A stretch of 64,000 nt of DNA. It comes from Lingula anatina (taxonomy: Eukaryota; Animalia; Brachiopoda). The notes beneath the pieces are model-generated. The model did not search any database and was not told the origin of the DNA. It saw only the letters and a program-made list of their open reading frames with translations. Numbering within the stretch: position 1 is the first letter of the stretch; the number at the start of each line of letters is the position of its first letter. The stretch is taken from NCBI GenBank assembly GCA_051362555.1, contig CM120643.1, forward strand, positions 1,798,001-1,862,000. The letters are read 5' to 3'. A program made the position numbers and the translations under genes. Below are positions 1-12,500 of this stretch, piece after piece.

Positions 1-2120
1 TTGATTGGTATATCAGGGGTGGAATTAGGCCGTCTGCCGGGCCTTCTGGAAGACAGTCAGATATTCAAGTTTACATTGACGGGTATCTAATTTTTTTCTG
101 TTGGAAGACGGTCAAAAATAAAGGATGGATCAAAAAAGATAATTTGGAAGACTGTCAGAAAATATCTGTGGATCCGCCTCTGTATATGACTGTAACTGAA
201 TGTGGGTATTGTGATATACATGTTCAGTGGCCAGGGCCCTGGCATATCTAACCACTTATTGTAGACAAATACAGAAATGCATGGATGAACAATTGACTGA
301 AATGGCAATCGGACACATTCATGTTTGGAGGCCCTTTTGCTGTACATAAAGCCAATATTTGTACTTGTTGTATCTAGACAGCTATCAATCAATTATTATC
401 ATTGTTTCTATTGTTAAACCAGTTATTGTTCATGTTAGGAGGATGTATTTCATAAACTCCTGGCTGCAACCAATGAATGAATTAATAATTGTGGCCTTTT
501 ATGGCGGATCAATATTGTACACAATTACTCCTCATTTGCACTGGGATGAAATGTTAAGATATGGGACTTAGTATTGAAGAGCACTTGTTTATGGGTATTA
601 AGACACCTGGTGAATTCTTTTACCTTGGATGTTATGAAAACAAAATAGGTTATCTAACTTTTATTCATTGGTAGGAAAAGTGAAAATTGTGCAGGCTAGA
701 GCACTTTCAAATTGTTTATTTAGTAACTTAGGTTTGCAGGCCTATTGTATAATACACTGTACGATTTCTGGGAACAAATGTAATGTTTTACATCCTGTGG
801 AAGTGTATACAAGACTTCCTTGTATTTCTCCAGTAATAACATTTGGTGGATTTCCTTTTTATTTGTGGGAGTGTAGAAAGTTCCTGGGTTTCAAATGCTA
901 TTTTTAATATCAAGAAACTCAGGAGAAGAGGATTGATTTTCATCTTTTTTGGAAACATAAAATTAATGATAATAATAACAAGAAAAAGAGTATATAACCT
1001 TTCTCTACATTTTTGAAAATATTTCTGCTATAAAGCACTTTAACAGCCTCTATTATAAAATGCACTTCGACTTGTCAGTGAACAGAATATTCCTATCAGC
1101 ATCTTGACTTGTTATAAACCAGGTGTTTCCATTTATAGGTGTAATATAAGAAGAAATATTATTCAAAACAATAAAAGCTGTTATCTGTAGTAAAAAGATA
1201 CTTGTAATGTTTGTGCTAATTGGCATCTATTTTGCCATATTAAATGCAGATATTTTATATATTTTGTTTACTGATACACCAAATATCATATATATGTAAT
1301 AGACAGAAAATCTATATTATGGATTACGAATATGAATTATGTGTCTGTGTGTGCCTGCGTATGTGCATGCTTGCGTGTTTGTGGGTGTGTTTGCTTGCGT
1401 ATGTGTGTGTGTGCACACAGTGAGCAGTGTATTGAAAACACGACCAAGGTCTTTATTGTCTTCTGTTGACATTACATCCAATGTAAAGATCAATACTTTT
1501 TTGTCACTATGTTAACTTTGTAATTGATCAACTTTATTGCTGTTAAAAATTCTCCACAGTACTGATGTGTCGTTTGAGATGGATGGGTCTAGGTTATGAT
1601 ACCAGGGAAGTTCTATATATTATTATTTTTTTTGTGATTTTTGTGTACATACGTCTGTTTATCAAATCGTCAAATTTCTGTCTTTTTAAAGGATGGATAT
1701 ATTGTTCTTAAATTTCATGCACAGCAAATTTCAGGGGTGGATGTTGAGGAATTTTGCTAAACATTTGACTTTTTCTGGAATCCAGCTCACATAATTCTCT
1801 CTCTTTTTTGTCTCTTAATTGACAGCAAGCCTAGGTAATTTGTAGAAATCATTTACTTCAAAATAAATGATAAATATTAATTTCAGTATCATAACTTGTG
1901 CATAGCACACTACATATCCTCTGAGGATGTTACTGCTGGATGTGCCCTGTTAAATTTAAATACTGACAGTGCCTGTGTACTAATTATATATCACTTGGTC
2001 TGGGTAAAAGATCAGGGGCATGAGGCAAATGCTTTAGATGTGATGTAGCATGCAAGACATTTGGTATCATAATGCCTTATATATTCATGATATATATAAT
2101 ATTATTTTGTCTCTCTGTAG

Positions 2121-2263
2121 AGGCTGCAGCAGAATCTGGCCCATGCCGAGCATGTGACTACAGATGCTGAGACAAGAAAACAGATGGAATACAGACAGGA
2201 ACTGGATAACCTGGACAGGGAGATGCAGAATGTGCAGGTAGTAGAGCATGTGTGTGCATACAC

Positions 2264-2298
<35 letters not shown>

Positions 2299-4428
2299 GG
2301 AGGTATGTGGATAACCTGGACAGGGAGATGCAGAATGTACAGGTAGTAGAGCATGTGTGTGCATTCTCTTTCTCCCCCACCCTCTCTTTCATTATGTGTG
2401 TGAGAGTGGATAATCTGATTTTCTTGCATAAGATAAGACATGAATAAAGGAGTTAGAGAATAAAACCAGAAATCTGAAGAATATGTAGATAATTAGATCA
2501 TTACTCACAAGTTTCAAACATATCACTTAAATCGTGTTTGTTCAAAATACAATTATTATTATTTTCTCACTAGCTGGCAAAACTACAAAATGAAAACCGT
2601 GACCTGGAGAAAGAAGTCCACAAACTGATGAATGAACTGAAAACTAGAAGGGTTTGTATGAGTTTGTGAGCCAGGGCCATTTTGTACTGTTTAATCCACC
2701 CTTATATTGACAGAAATGCTCGATTAGTGACATGTACTTTTCTGTAGTGAACTGTACTTGGTTTTTCCTGTGCTCTGTACTTACAGGAGGCATAACTGGT
2801 TCTGGAGAAGTCACGTGGCACATCTTCCGTCATTCCAATAAATGCACACCAGTCACTTGTTATTGTATTTGTTCTTTTCTTTTTAAAGCTCCACCCACTC
2901 ATTTTTTTTTTCTTTTGCAAGATCTCAGATTTGAAATATCAGACTTTGTTTATAGGGGAAAATGCTATTAGGTCATTAAAACTTTGGAATATGCACACTA
3001 TAAAAGAACTTAAGCCTCCAACAGTTTATAAAAATCCTGATTCTAAATTTTATCATTTGCTTACATTACCAGGAAGTAGAAGCCATAGATATATATTGAT
3101 AAACTTATATATGCTCTAACTAGGAAGAAGAGGCCACAGATATATATTGATAAACTTATATATGCTCTAACTAGGAAGAAGAGGCCATAGAGACCCTGGA
3201 GGAGCTCCAGGCCCAGAGGCGCCAGGCAGATGTAGCGGCAGAGAGGAGGACACGTCTCCTCAGGGAGGAATCTGGTCTGGCTGAGGACCACTTGGAACAG
3301 CTGGGGAACACGCTGGACCAGTCCTTTGGTATGGGATAAGATTTGTATATCAGTCTAAAACGCTTTGGTTATTTCTCATCTTTTTATTATTTTTTCAAAA
3401 TGCTGGACCAGTCCTTTGGTAGGGGAAAGGGTTTTTGTATTAGGCTTTGGTTATTTCTCGTTTTTTTTATTACTTTTTGATGGATCAGCCTTTTGGTATG
3501 GGAGAGGATTTGTATATAAGTTGAATCTACTAAGAAAGAAGTTTTTCATGTGCTTGACTGATGCTGTATATAGAATAATTCTGTTTTATCAAGTTTTAAT
3601 GTCCTTTTCATAGTATCGATCAGTTAACATAATATTTGACATATAGTGAGATTGAAAACACAGAATATTGTAAATTACTACATTGCTATCTTTTGGGTGA
3701 AAGAAATATAGTATCCTTCTAATTTGTCATGTATTGGTGTTGAAGTTAAACCTCTTTATCACTTCAGAGCGTCTCCGAGACCTTAGGCAGAGAGCGACAG
3801 ATAACAGAGACCAGTCTTGTCTGAATGAGGTTTCCACAGGAACTGATGGTACCACTACATGTAAGTAACAGATAACAGAGATCAGTCTTGTCTGAAAGAA
3901 AGAGTGTAGCCCTGAAGAAATAATGTTCTAGTAGGACTTGTATCCCCAAACAAACTTACCAGCCTCATCTGTATATGCATTACTGATACTATTAGATCTA
4001 TAATTTTAACGGAAATAAATAAATATTTACTTCAAATTTATTTGAATTCATTTTCTGAAAAAATCATCATACTGAAGATCTTGTTAGCTTTGGGGGTTAA
4101 AAAAATGTGTGTACATTTGTGCAGCTTGAAGTTCAGAAGCACAAAAATAGGAGAAATATTTTTATACATACAAACAATTAAGGTGAGAGTGGATCTTGTA
4201 GACACAGATTTTGATTGTGTCAATAATATTGCTGTACAGACTTAATTTCCATTGCTTGAAATTATTACTTTTCCTTACATGTGATTTCCTTATTTTCCAG
4301 TGTCATTTGACAGAACAGGCCGCACAAGTTTAGATGAAGGAGAGGCCATGCTTATGCAGGAAGTGAGGAGGTTGAGAGAAAAACTGGCTTCGGATAGCAG
4401 GACTAAGAAACCGCCTGCAGAGTTTTGA
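2121..4428 (+). CDS. 3' exons of an unidentified coiled-coil protein gene (5' part upstream of window)
   Basis: Phase-consistent AG/GT exons 2121-2237, 2574-2651, 3175-3328, 3768-3860, 4301-4428 join into RLQQNLAHAEHVTTDAETRKQMEYRQELDNLDREMQNVQ-LAKLQNENRDLEKEVHKLMNELKTRR-EEEAIETLEELQAQRRQ...LMQEVRRLREKLASDSRTKKPPAEF*. Heptad E/K/R/L/Q composition; family not recognised. Confidence 0.75.
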
Positions 4429-4939
4429 TTCAAAAGCTTGGAAGGGAATGATAAGGAATATGAAAAAATAGACTGCAGAAATTAAGTTGCACTGCTTATG
4501 GAATGTGGTCCACACAAAATAGGGCAGTGACGCTGGCAGCAGAAAGGGGATATGTTGTCAAAAAATGCTTTCTTTGGTTCGGTAAAGGGTATCAACTTGT
4601 CTTGGAGAAAAAGAAAAAAAACTAGATTTATACACTAGTGAAGCAGTTGGCACATTTTTTTCGCAGAGGAACACAATTTATGTCGGAAAGAGATAAAACT
4701 TGATGGCAGAAAAAGTGAGGGGTCACAAAAACTTTCAACCACATGTCGGGACTGTCACAGACATTTTTCTCTTCTTCTGGTATATCTGATCACAACTTGA
4801 ACTTGGAAGCAAGATATATATATTTTTATGTAGATATACTGCATCAATCACATTAAATTTTTTAAGAAATTGTAAAATTACACAAGACTTTCATAAGTTT
4901 GATTGCGATTCTCTGTGTGTATATTCGGAGTGAAGGCTT

Positions 4940-5460
4940 AGACTGTGTTCCCATCCCAAGATCAATCTAACAGGATTGTTCCATCTCCAATTGGTTTCTC
5001 GCTATATTGCTTTCAGCTTGCACTTAGATGGCTGGCACGCCTGTTTAAGCCAGGGGGTGGAAACGCGCTACTTATATGATTATGACGAGCCTAACCGTCA
5101 GTACCGGATACAGGTTTGTGATCTTGAAGAGCAATTAGCACGCATGAACAGTAGTCGATCTACCACACCTGGGTCTTTTGTTTTTGACAACTGTTCACTC
5201 GTCAACGCGGTGCTTGTTCAAGACTACAGACTGATATCTACTAATACTACCAGTGGCTTCATTAGTAACGTTCCCAGAATACATGGTTTTCTGTCTGTGC
5301 GTACATACCCTGAATTTGGTTAGCCTCACTGACGAGAACAATGGACGTTTCTCACCCCTCTCTAGGATTACCCCTGTTTATGCTGCTAAACGATAATTAC
5401 CCCCTATCAGCTTCAGTGTGACAGACATCTAAGCTACTTAAGTTAATTGCAATTAAGTGA
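4940..5460. mobile_element. Degenerate MITE-like repeat interrupted by a ~335-bp insertion (~5048-5380)
   Basis: 4940-5045 and 5381-5460 align colinearly with the uninterrupted copy at 22077-22272 (agactg.gttcccatccc.agat..atctaacaggattg ... gctgctaaacgata.ttaccccctatcagc ... gttaattgcaattaag). Confidence 0.6.
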
Positions 5461-6504
5461 CAGATGTATAATTATACTTATGAACTCACTTTTGCTTTAA
5501 AATTACATACTCAAATGTAGTTTTGTCCAGTATTTTTTAAACATAAAATTTTGGAGTTTTTACACCACTAGCTCCAACCAGCTAATCCTAGACTGCCTCT
5601 CTCTTTAGTTGAACTTTATTGCGTCTCTTTTTCAGTTGCTTTTTAAAAGTGTAACTGTGTTACAACAGTATTTTTGCAAAAAATAAGACACACTCAATAC
5701 AACAAACTACATATGCTTTTTCCTCATTTTGAGGACTTTGAAATACAATGCATTTACTTCAAACAAGTTTTCATGTCACCAACTAAACTGAGTACATGTG
5801 CAAGCATATCTCTTTGACAGATTGATATTTTTTGCAAAAAATAATCCAAGTATTATAAACGGCATTTTGTGTAAGATCTCATCATACTGTAACAGTTGCT
5901 AAATAAATATTTTTTTTGATAAAAAAACATTGTTAATTTTTATATGATTACAGTAAACTTTAAACATTTTTATGCCAGTAAAAAGGTGAGCGCAAAAAAA
6001 TGTCCAAATAGTCCTCATTTATTTCAGTGTGTAAAATCTTGTAAATAATAATAGATAACATCTAGATAACTATCTATGACAAACACAAAACTTGAACAAA
6101 GTGCCAATAGAGAAAACTAGAACAACACATTATGGCACTTGCTATAGCAACTTTTCATCATATGGAACTTTCAACAATAACAACAACAGTATTCTAGATC
6201 TACAACAGGTTATGAACAGCTTGTCCTTAAGGAATCTGCATTAAAATAAACAGCATACAAAGTAACTATATAAGATGTCAAAACTCAAGACATTGACTCA
6301 ATATCAGGGTGTGTTTAATGTACACTGAACCATGCACCTATTTTAATGTCTGTTGTGTGAAGACCGTTAACTCAGAAGAACCAGTGTTTGGAAACTAGAA
6401 TGAGAACATGAAGATAATATATCCTTCAACAACCTCTAAAAAAAAAAAACATATCTGGGCATCAACAAGTTGGTTATTCCTCCACGAGTAATTGGCTGAT
6501 ATGT

Positions 6505-9500
6505 TTAGCTCGATGGCCTTTTCCTGAGGAATACTTTCCTAATGAAGGTCATGGTATTGTCTGAAAACTTCAGATTCAGTAGCTTGTCTTGGAGTGCTGA
6601 CTGACCTTGCCATAAAAGTGAAATAAAAACATGATGAAATCTAATATTAAAACAGCCACTACAATGTGTTAAATATGAACTTATCAAGATAAAATTATTC
6701 TTTATCTAAGTCACTGGAACAGCAGTTGGAGTCTTAGAAAATTTTAGTTTTCTATCAAATTTCTAACTTTATTTTTAACCTTTATTTTACAAGGCTAAAC
6801 AGTGTTTGTAAATATAAAAATATCCAAAGGATAAAAAGTGGCTTACGCTGAAATTTTTTATCTCAGAACTCGATATAATTACCTCAGTAAAATTAACAGA
6901 ATTTTTAAAAGCCCTGGAAGTTGACTAAGAATAAAACAGACTTGATTTTCAGCTTTAAAAAATTAGTTATTTCAAACTAGCCCATACCTTCTGTGTCTGA
7001 CTTTCATTTGACCTGGTTTCTGTCATTTCAGCAGACGACACTAGTCTTTGTCCAAATTCCAGAGAGCTCTCATCTCCTTCCTGCATGCTGTCCATCTTTT
7101 GCTGCTCCGATCTTTGTTTACTATGCAGCTCATCTCTCTTTCTTTTGATATATTCTCCAACTGTTACAACTGCAGAGGTGACATTGTCATTCGTATCACT
7201 TGTACTTTGCACCAGTGGATCTTGCTCTGAGTCAGACTTTGATTTCAGCTCATTTAATTGCACACTGTCGAAAGTACTTTTGGGCAAATGATGGTATTCC
7301 TTTTGCAAAGCTCCAACAAACTCTGGACTATATTCCCCAATGAGTATGATATCATTATCTTCACTATGTTCAGAAGTGTGCACAACATCATCTTGCTGTT
7401 GTTGGTCTGGCAGAGATTTTACTGGGGTGCTGGCTTTACAGCTCAAGTGTCTCCTCACAAAGTTTGTATTGAAATCGTCAAACTGTGTATCAGAAACAGT
7501 GCTATCCACGACTCTGTTCATACTATTACTATGTACACTATCCACATCAGTGCAACTGGAAATGCCTGTACTTTTCAGTGTTTGGGATCTGGTAGTGTGT
7601 GCATCTTCAACAAAAACAACAGAATTGTTGGTGTCATCAATAATATATTCACTGTTGTTTTCTTTGCCTTCCAAAACAGAAACTCCATTACAGGATGTCT
7701 GACCCAGAATTGCACAACTGGAATTGCCTGTACTGTTCACAAATGGCTCTCCACTACCATGTCTGCCTCTGCCACTTGAGGCAGGTGCATTTTCTGATAC
7801 ATCCCTGTTACCTGTTGGCTGATTATTCTGACTCAACAACTGTGCCCTTCCCAACAAGCTTTTACCAATTGTGCCAGCTTGAATTTCTTTACTGGAAGAC
7901 ATTTCTACATGTTTATCATCATCTCCCATAAGAGGTCCTGGGTCCATAGTAAACAGCTTTCTCCCCTTCTTTTTACCTTTATTTTCATGTTTTGTTTTGG
8001 TATTGTACAGTGCACTAGGGTCTCGATACTTTAACATGCCAGCCACACCTTTCTTTTGTCTCTGAGAGGGGGCACCTTGTGCCTCAGTCTGTGTTGGGAT
8101 GGCACTGGGATAGACTTGGGATGGGTCACGGCTGGATTTAGTCTGGGATTGGCTCTCAGTCTGAGACGGTTTTACTGGAACCTGGGATGTCTCTGTATGG
8201 CATTGAGCCATTAATGCCTCAGCTCTATTACTGATGTTACCCTCAACAACCAAAACACCTGAAGTTTCAACATGTGGTCCAACAGGCAATGTTCTGGGGG
8301 TTCTTAATTTTTCTAATCTTTTTTCCTCCTCATCTCTTTCCTCAGGATCATTTCTCAACAAAGGACTGCCATGGTTTTCCTCTTCTGATCCACTAGAAAT
8401 AACAATGTATTTCTGTCCAACCAGGTGCTGGGAATTTTCATCATGTGAGTGCGACTGAGCCTCTGCCTCGCTATCATCAGATGAAAACAGACGTTCTCCG
8501 CTGTATTCGGCAGAATGTAGCATGTCGTTCAATCTCTTGGCTTCTTCATCGTCTGAGACTCTCAAAGGGGATGGCAGAAAACGTGGTCTTGTTTCGTCTA
8601 AAATTAAGGTGAATACAATTTGTGAAGAAATTACTTGACTCACAATATTCTGTTGAGCTCATAATTGCCTTAGAAATATAAGTCGCATTATCAGAAATTG
8701 TACATTTTACAGAAAAATGACAGCAGAGTTCACCCTAAATAACATAAACTGAGCCATCTGCACTGAAACTATGGTCTTAGAATACAAGACAAATGTGACG
8801 TGAAAAATGGTGATTTGGTACTGTTATGCAACAAACAATTTTTGGACGTATTAAAAAGAAAACAACCAGAAAAAATGTTTGAGTTAAAAATTGTGCATTT
8901 TTTCAGTGCTGCACTGATAAGTCTACCATCTTTGAACCCTTAATCTAAATTTTGTCTTCACTCATATCAAAATAACAAAAAATTATAATAGAGACTAAAT
9001 ACTGGTCCACAGTTTGGAATGTCTCAATAAACCCCAGAGATACCTGTGTCTCCATATAACAGTGTTGACTGATAAACTACAGTCTCATCATGAAGTTCCT
9101 TCTCATTCATAACCTGATCCCTCATCTCTTGACCTTGACCTTCTTCACCCTGACCTTGACCTGCTTCACCTTGACCTATCTCACCCTGACCTTGACCTAT
9201 ATCTTGAGGACTTGGGTCTTGTGAAGGATGTCCCTCAAAAGAAAAGACCACTTTGTCCATGTATTCTCCCACATCAGCACCCAGCATAGCCTGTATCATA
9301 GTGTAAAGATAATGAGAAATGAACAGAATTCATTTAAATCAATGCCAATGTTCATTATACTTAACTAAGGTTTAGATGGCTTAGATAAAAGAATGAGAAG
9401 TTATACCATGTGGATTTCTTTATAACGGATTTCCCTAACATAGTTTATAGTTTGCGATAAAAAAATTCATAGTTTAGAATTCATAGTTTGAAACAAGAAA

Positions 9501-12500
9501 AACAGTCTAGGGTTTTTTCCCCTTTTTTCAGGCATAGATAAAGAAATATTTTATTACTATAAACAGCATGACATGTCAATGCCATATTCCATAAAACATG
9601 CTTACTTCTGGTGATTGTTCTTGTCTGTCTGCTACGTGAGATGTCTGAATAATATGCATTTCTCTTTCACCATCATCTAAACATTTTTTCTTAAGAGCTT
9701 CATGCTGATTGGACACAATGGCAACACCAGCACCATCTGTTGACAACTTTTCTTCTAATTCAATCCCAGAGGTCATTCTTCCCTTTTTCTTCAACCTGTT
9801 CCCTCCAGTATCATCTTCATCAGGACTCTCATCTTGACAACCTGCTTTTCTCTTCCTGCAAACCCCATCGCCCACATCCTGAGCACCACCCTGATCAGAC
9901 TGCACCTCAGGTCTTTCTCTGTCCTCTGTCACATCAGGTGGTTCACTCACAGCGCCCTCTATCTCCACACTCTGGACACCTCTCAGTGGGGAGCTAGCAG
10001 GCGTAGTGTGGTGAGAAGGAGATGTACGAAGATGAAAACCAGGCTGCCATTCTGGAAATGAGAAGATAAACATGTTCAACAATCAAGTTAAGCAGCTGAC
10101 ACTAATATTGGTGTCATTGGTAGTACACGCTCTTTTGTCACAAAGTAATACTTTATACGATATTCAGTGTGCTGACTGAAAATGTTGGAGGGAGATGACA
10201 CTGCAATTTATTGAAGAAATCTGAAAATATGGCATGGGGGCCCTGCGCATTCATCACAAATTTGACGTTCTTGGCTTCCAAAAAGTCAAAACTAGGCAGA
10301 TAGTCAGAAAAATCTCATTACTGGTTACACTGACAATGAAACATATCTGTATCATAAAAAAATATTACTTTATCACTAGGAAATGTTGCACTGAACTAAA
10401 ATAATTCAGAATATATATACAATTCAGAACCTGTCCCATGTGTTGCACACTCACCTTTCAACCTGTCTAGACATGCCTGTCCTGCCTCACTGATGATAAA
10501 CTCTTCCATGCTGAATACACTGTTCAGTTGTATAGGAAGATCTGGAGTTGACACAGCCACAAGTGAAGATGTTTCATGCTCAGCAGGGTTCAGAGGCAGG
10601 ACATTCTCCGATTGTAATCGACTTTCTTCTTGAACCATGTCAACTTTGTCTGAACCAGATTGCACATTGCTTGAGCCTTGTGGGACATCCCCTGTATTTA
10701 CTGGGACATCCCCAAAGTCTAATGGGATATCTGGGACATGTTCAGAACCTAGCAGGAGTCCAATCTCAGAGTCCTGTGGGACAGTCACTAGGTTTGATGA
10801 TAAATTTTTGTCCACTGTTTCAAGGTTTTGGAAAACTGGCTCTGCAGCCAGGAAATAGTGGATGTTGAAGTCACTGGTCAGTTGTACAGGAAGTTCTTGA
10901 CTATGATGACCATCTCCAGCTCCGGAGGTCACTCCAGGGTCAAGGGTCACTCCAAGGTCAGAGGTCACAAACTTGGATTGTAATCGACTTTCTTTTTGAA
11001 TCATTGGAACATAATCTGAACCAAATTCCACAATGCCTGCGTCTTGTGGGACATCCCCTGTATTTACTGGGGCATCCACAATGTCCAGTGGAATATTTGC
11101 TACCTCTTCAGAACCTAGTAGGTTAATCTCAGAGTCTAGTGGGACAGCCATTAGGTTTGATGATAAATTTTTCTTCACTGTGTCAAGGTGCTGGAAAACT
11201 GGCTCAGTGGCTAGATAATAGTGGATGTTGAAGTCACTGGTCAGTTGTACAGGAAGCTCTTGACTCAGATGTCCATCTCCAGCTCCCAATGTCATGCTAG
11301 GGTCAAGGGTCACTCCAAGGTGCCCAGAAGTCACTGTGTGGTGTATATGGTCGTCTGGCTTTCTGCCCTGGCCTTGATGGAGAAGGATATGAAAAAGAAA
11401 ACAAAAATGCTATTCTCAATTTACTGTATAGCAAAAGACTTAACATGTTATAAATTAAATCTTCATCACCCAGCAGACATGAGGTATAACTGGGTGTGTG
11501 GATCAAAGGTAATCCTTTGCACACATCACATCCCATAATATGAGAATATGTTTACCATTTTTAGGATCAGTAATGGTAGCATCAGACTCTGGTTCTTCAA
11601 TATGTGGAATAGGTGCATCTCTGGACAGGTTGGACTGCTTTGCTTCTCTACATTGTGTTAGTTGTGACGGCATTGTCCAAGATTGTGTTAGTTGTGACCA
11701 TCCACATTGTGTAAGTTGTGAAAACCCACATTGTGTTAGCAGTCTCTGTGAACCTGGCTGTGTAAACTGTCCCATGAGCTCAGACAGTGCTGCATTTTCC
11801 TCGTTCCAACACTGTCGAGTTTTTTCTGATCTGTTTGCCCTAAAAAGTCAGTGGAGACGTATTTTAATAGTGACCCATAGAGACTTAGAAGTGACCTGTG
11901 GGTGGGGGTGGGTTTTTTTTTTAAACAACGTTTATTCAAAAGAATGAAGTGGAGGCAAGGCGCTGGAAGCATTATATGCTCTCCACAAAATTAAATTAAA
12001 TAAGTAAATAAATAAAACAAATGGATAGGTATATACATATATACAACAGAGTAAATGTAAAACTTCATATATATCAGGAGCACAAGTTAAGTACAGAAAG
12101 AAAGAAGAGGAAAAGAGATAGTACCTATTAAGTGATAACAAAGTTTACGAGAAGAAAATTTGCAACAGTGTCGAAGATAATTTCATTTTGGGTGGGTGAG
12201 GGTGGGGGTGGGGGTGGGGGATGGGGGGGGTGCAGAATGAGTCCCTGCATTGTACACCCCATAAAAACTTCTACACACTCCATAAAAACTTTATCTGGGC
12301 ATGTTTCCTTTCATCCACAGACCTATCAGATTTAGACATATCAAAAGGGGCTAAACCAATAAATTTGCCAAAAATCTTTATTCAATTACTTCAGGTAAGT
12401 AAATATTAATCATTTGATGTAAATGTAATATTTTGCTAGTTTCAATACATGTGCACATAACCACTCAATATCACTCAATAAACCACTTACTTCCACTGCA

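Noticed and set aside
1-907. Short ORFs at the window start
   Set aside because: No recognisable motifs or convincing splice framing; probably intronic.
7048-8458. Plus-strand ORFs of 60-173 aa
   Set aside because: Antisense shadows of the large TPP1 exon.
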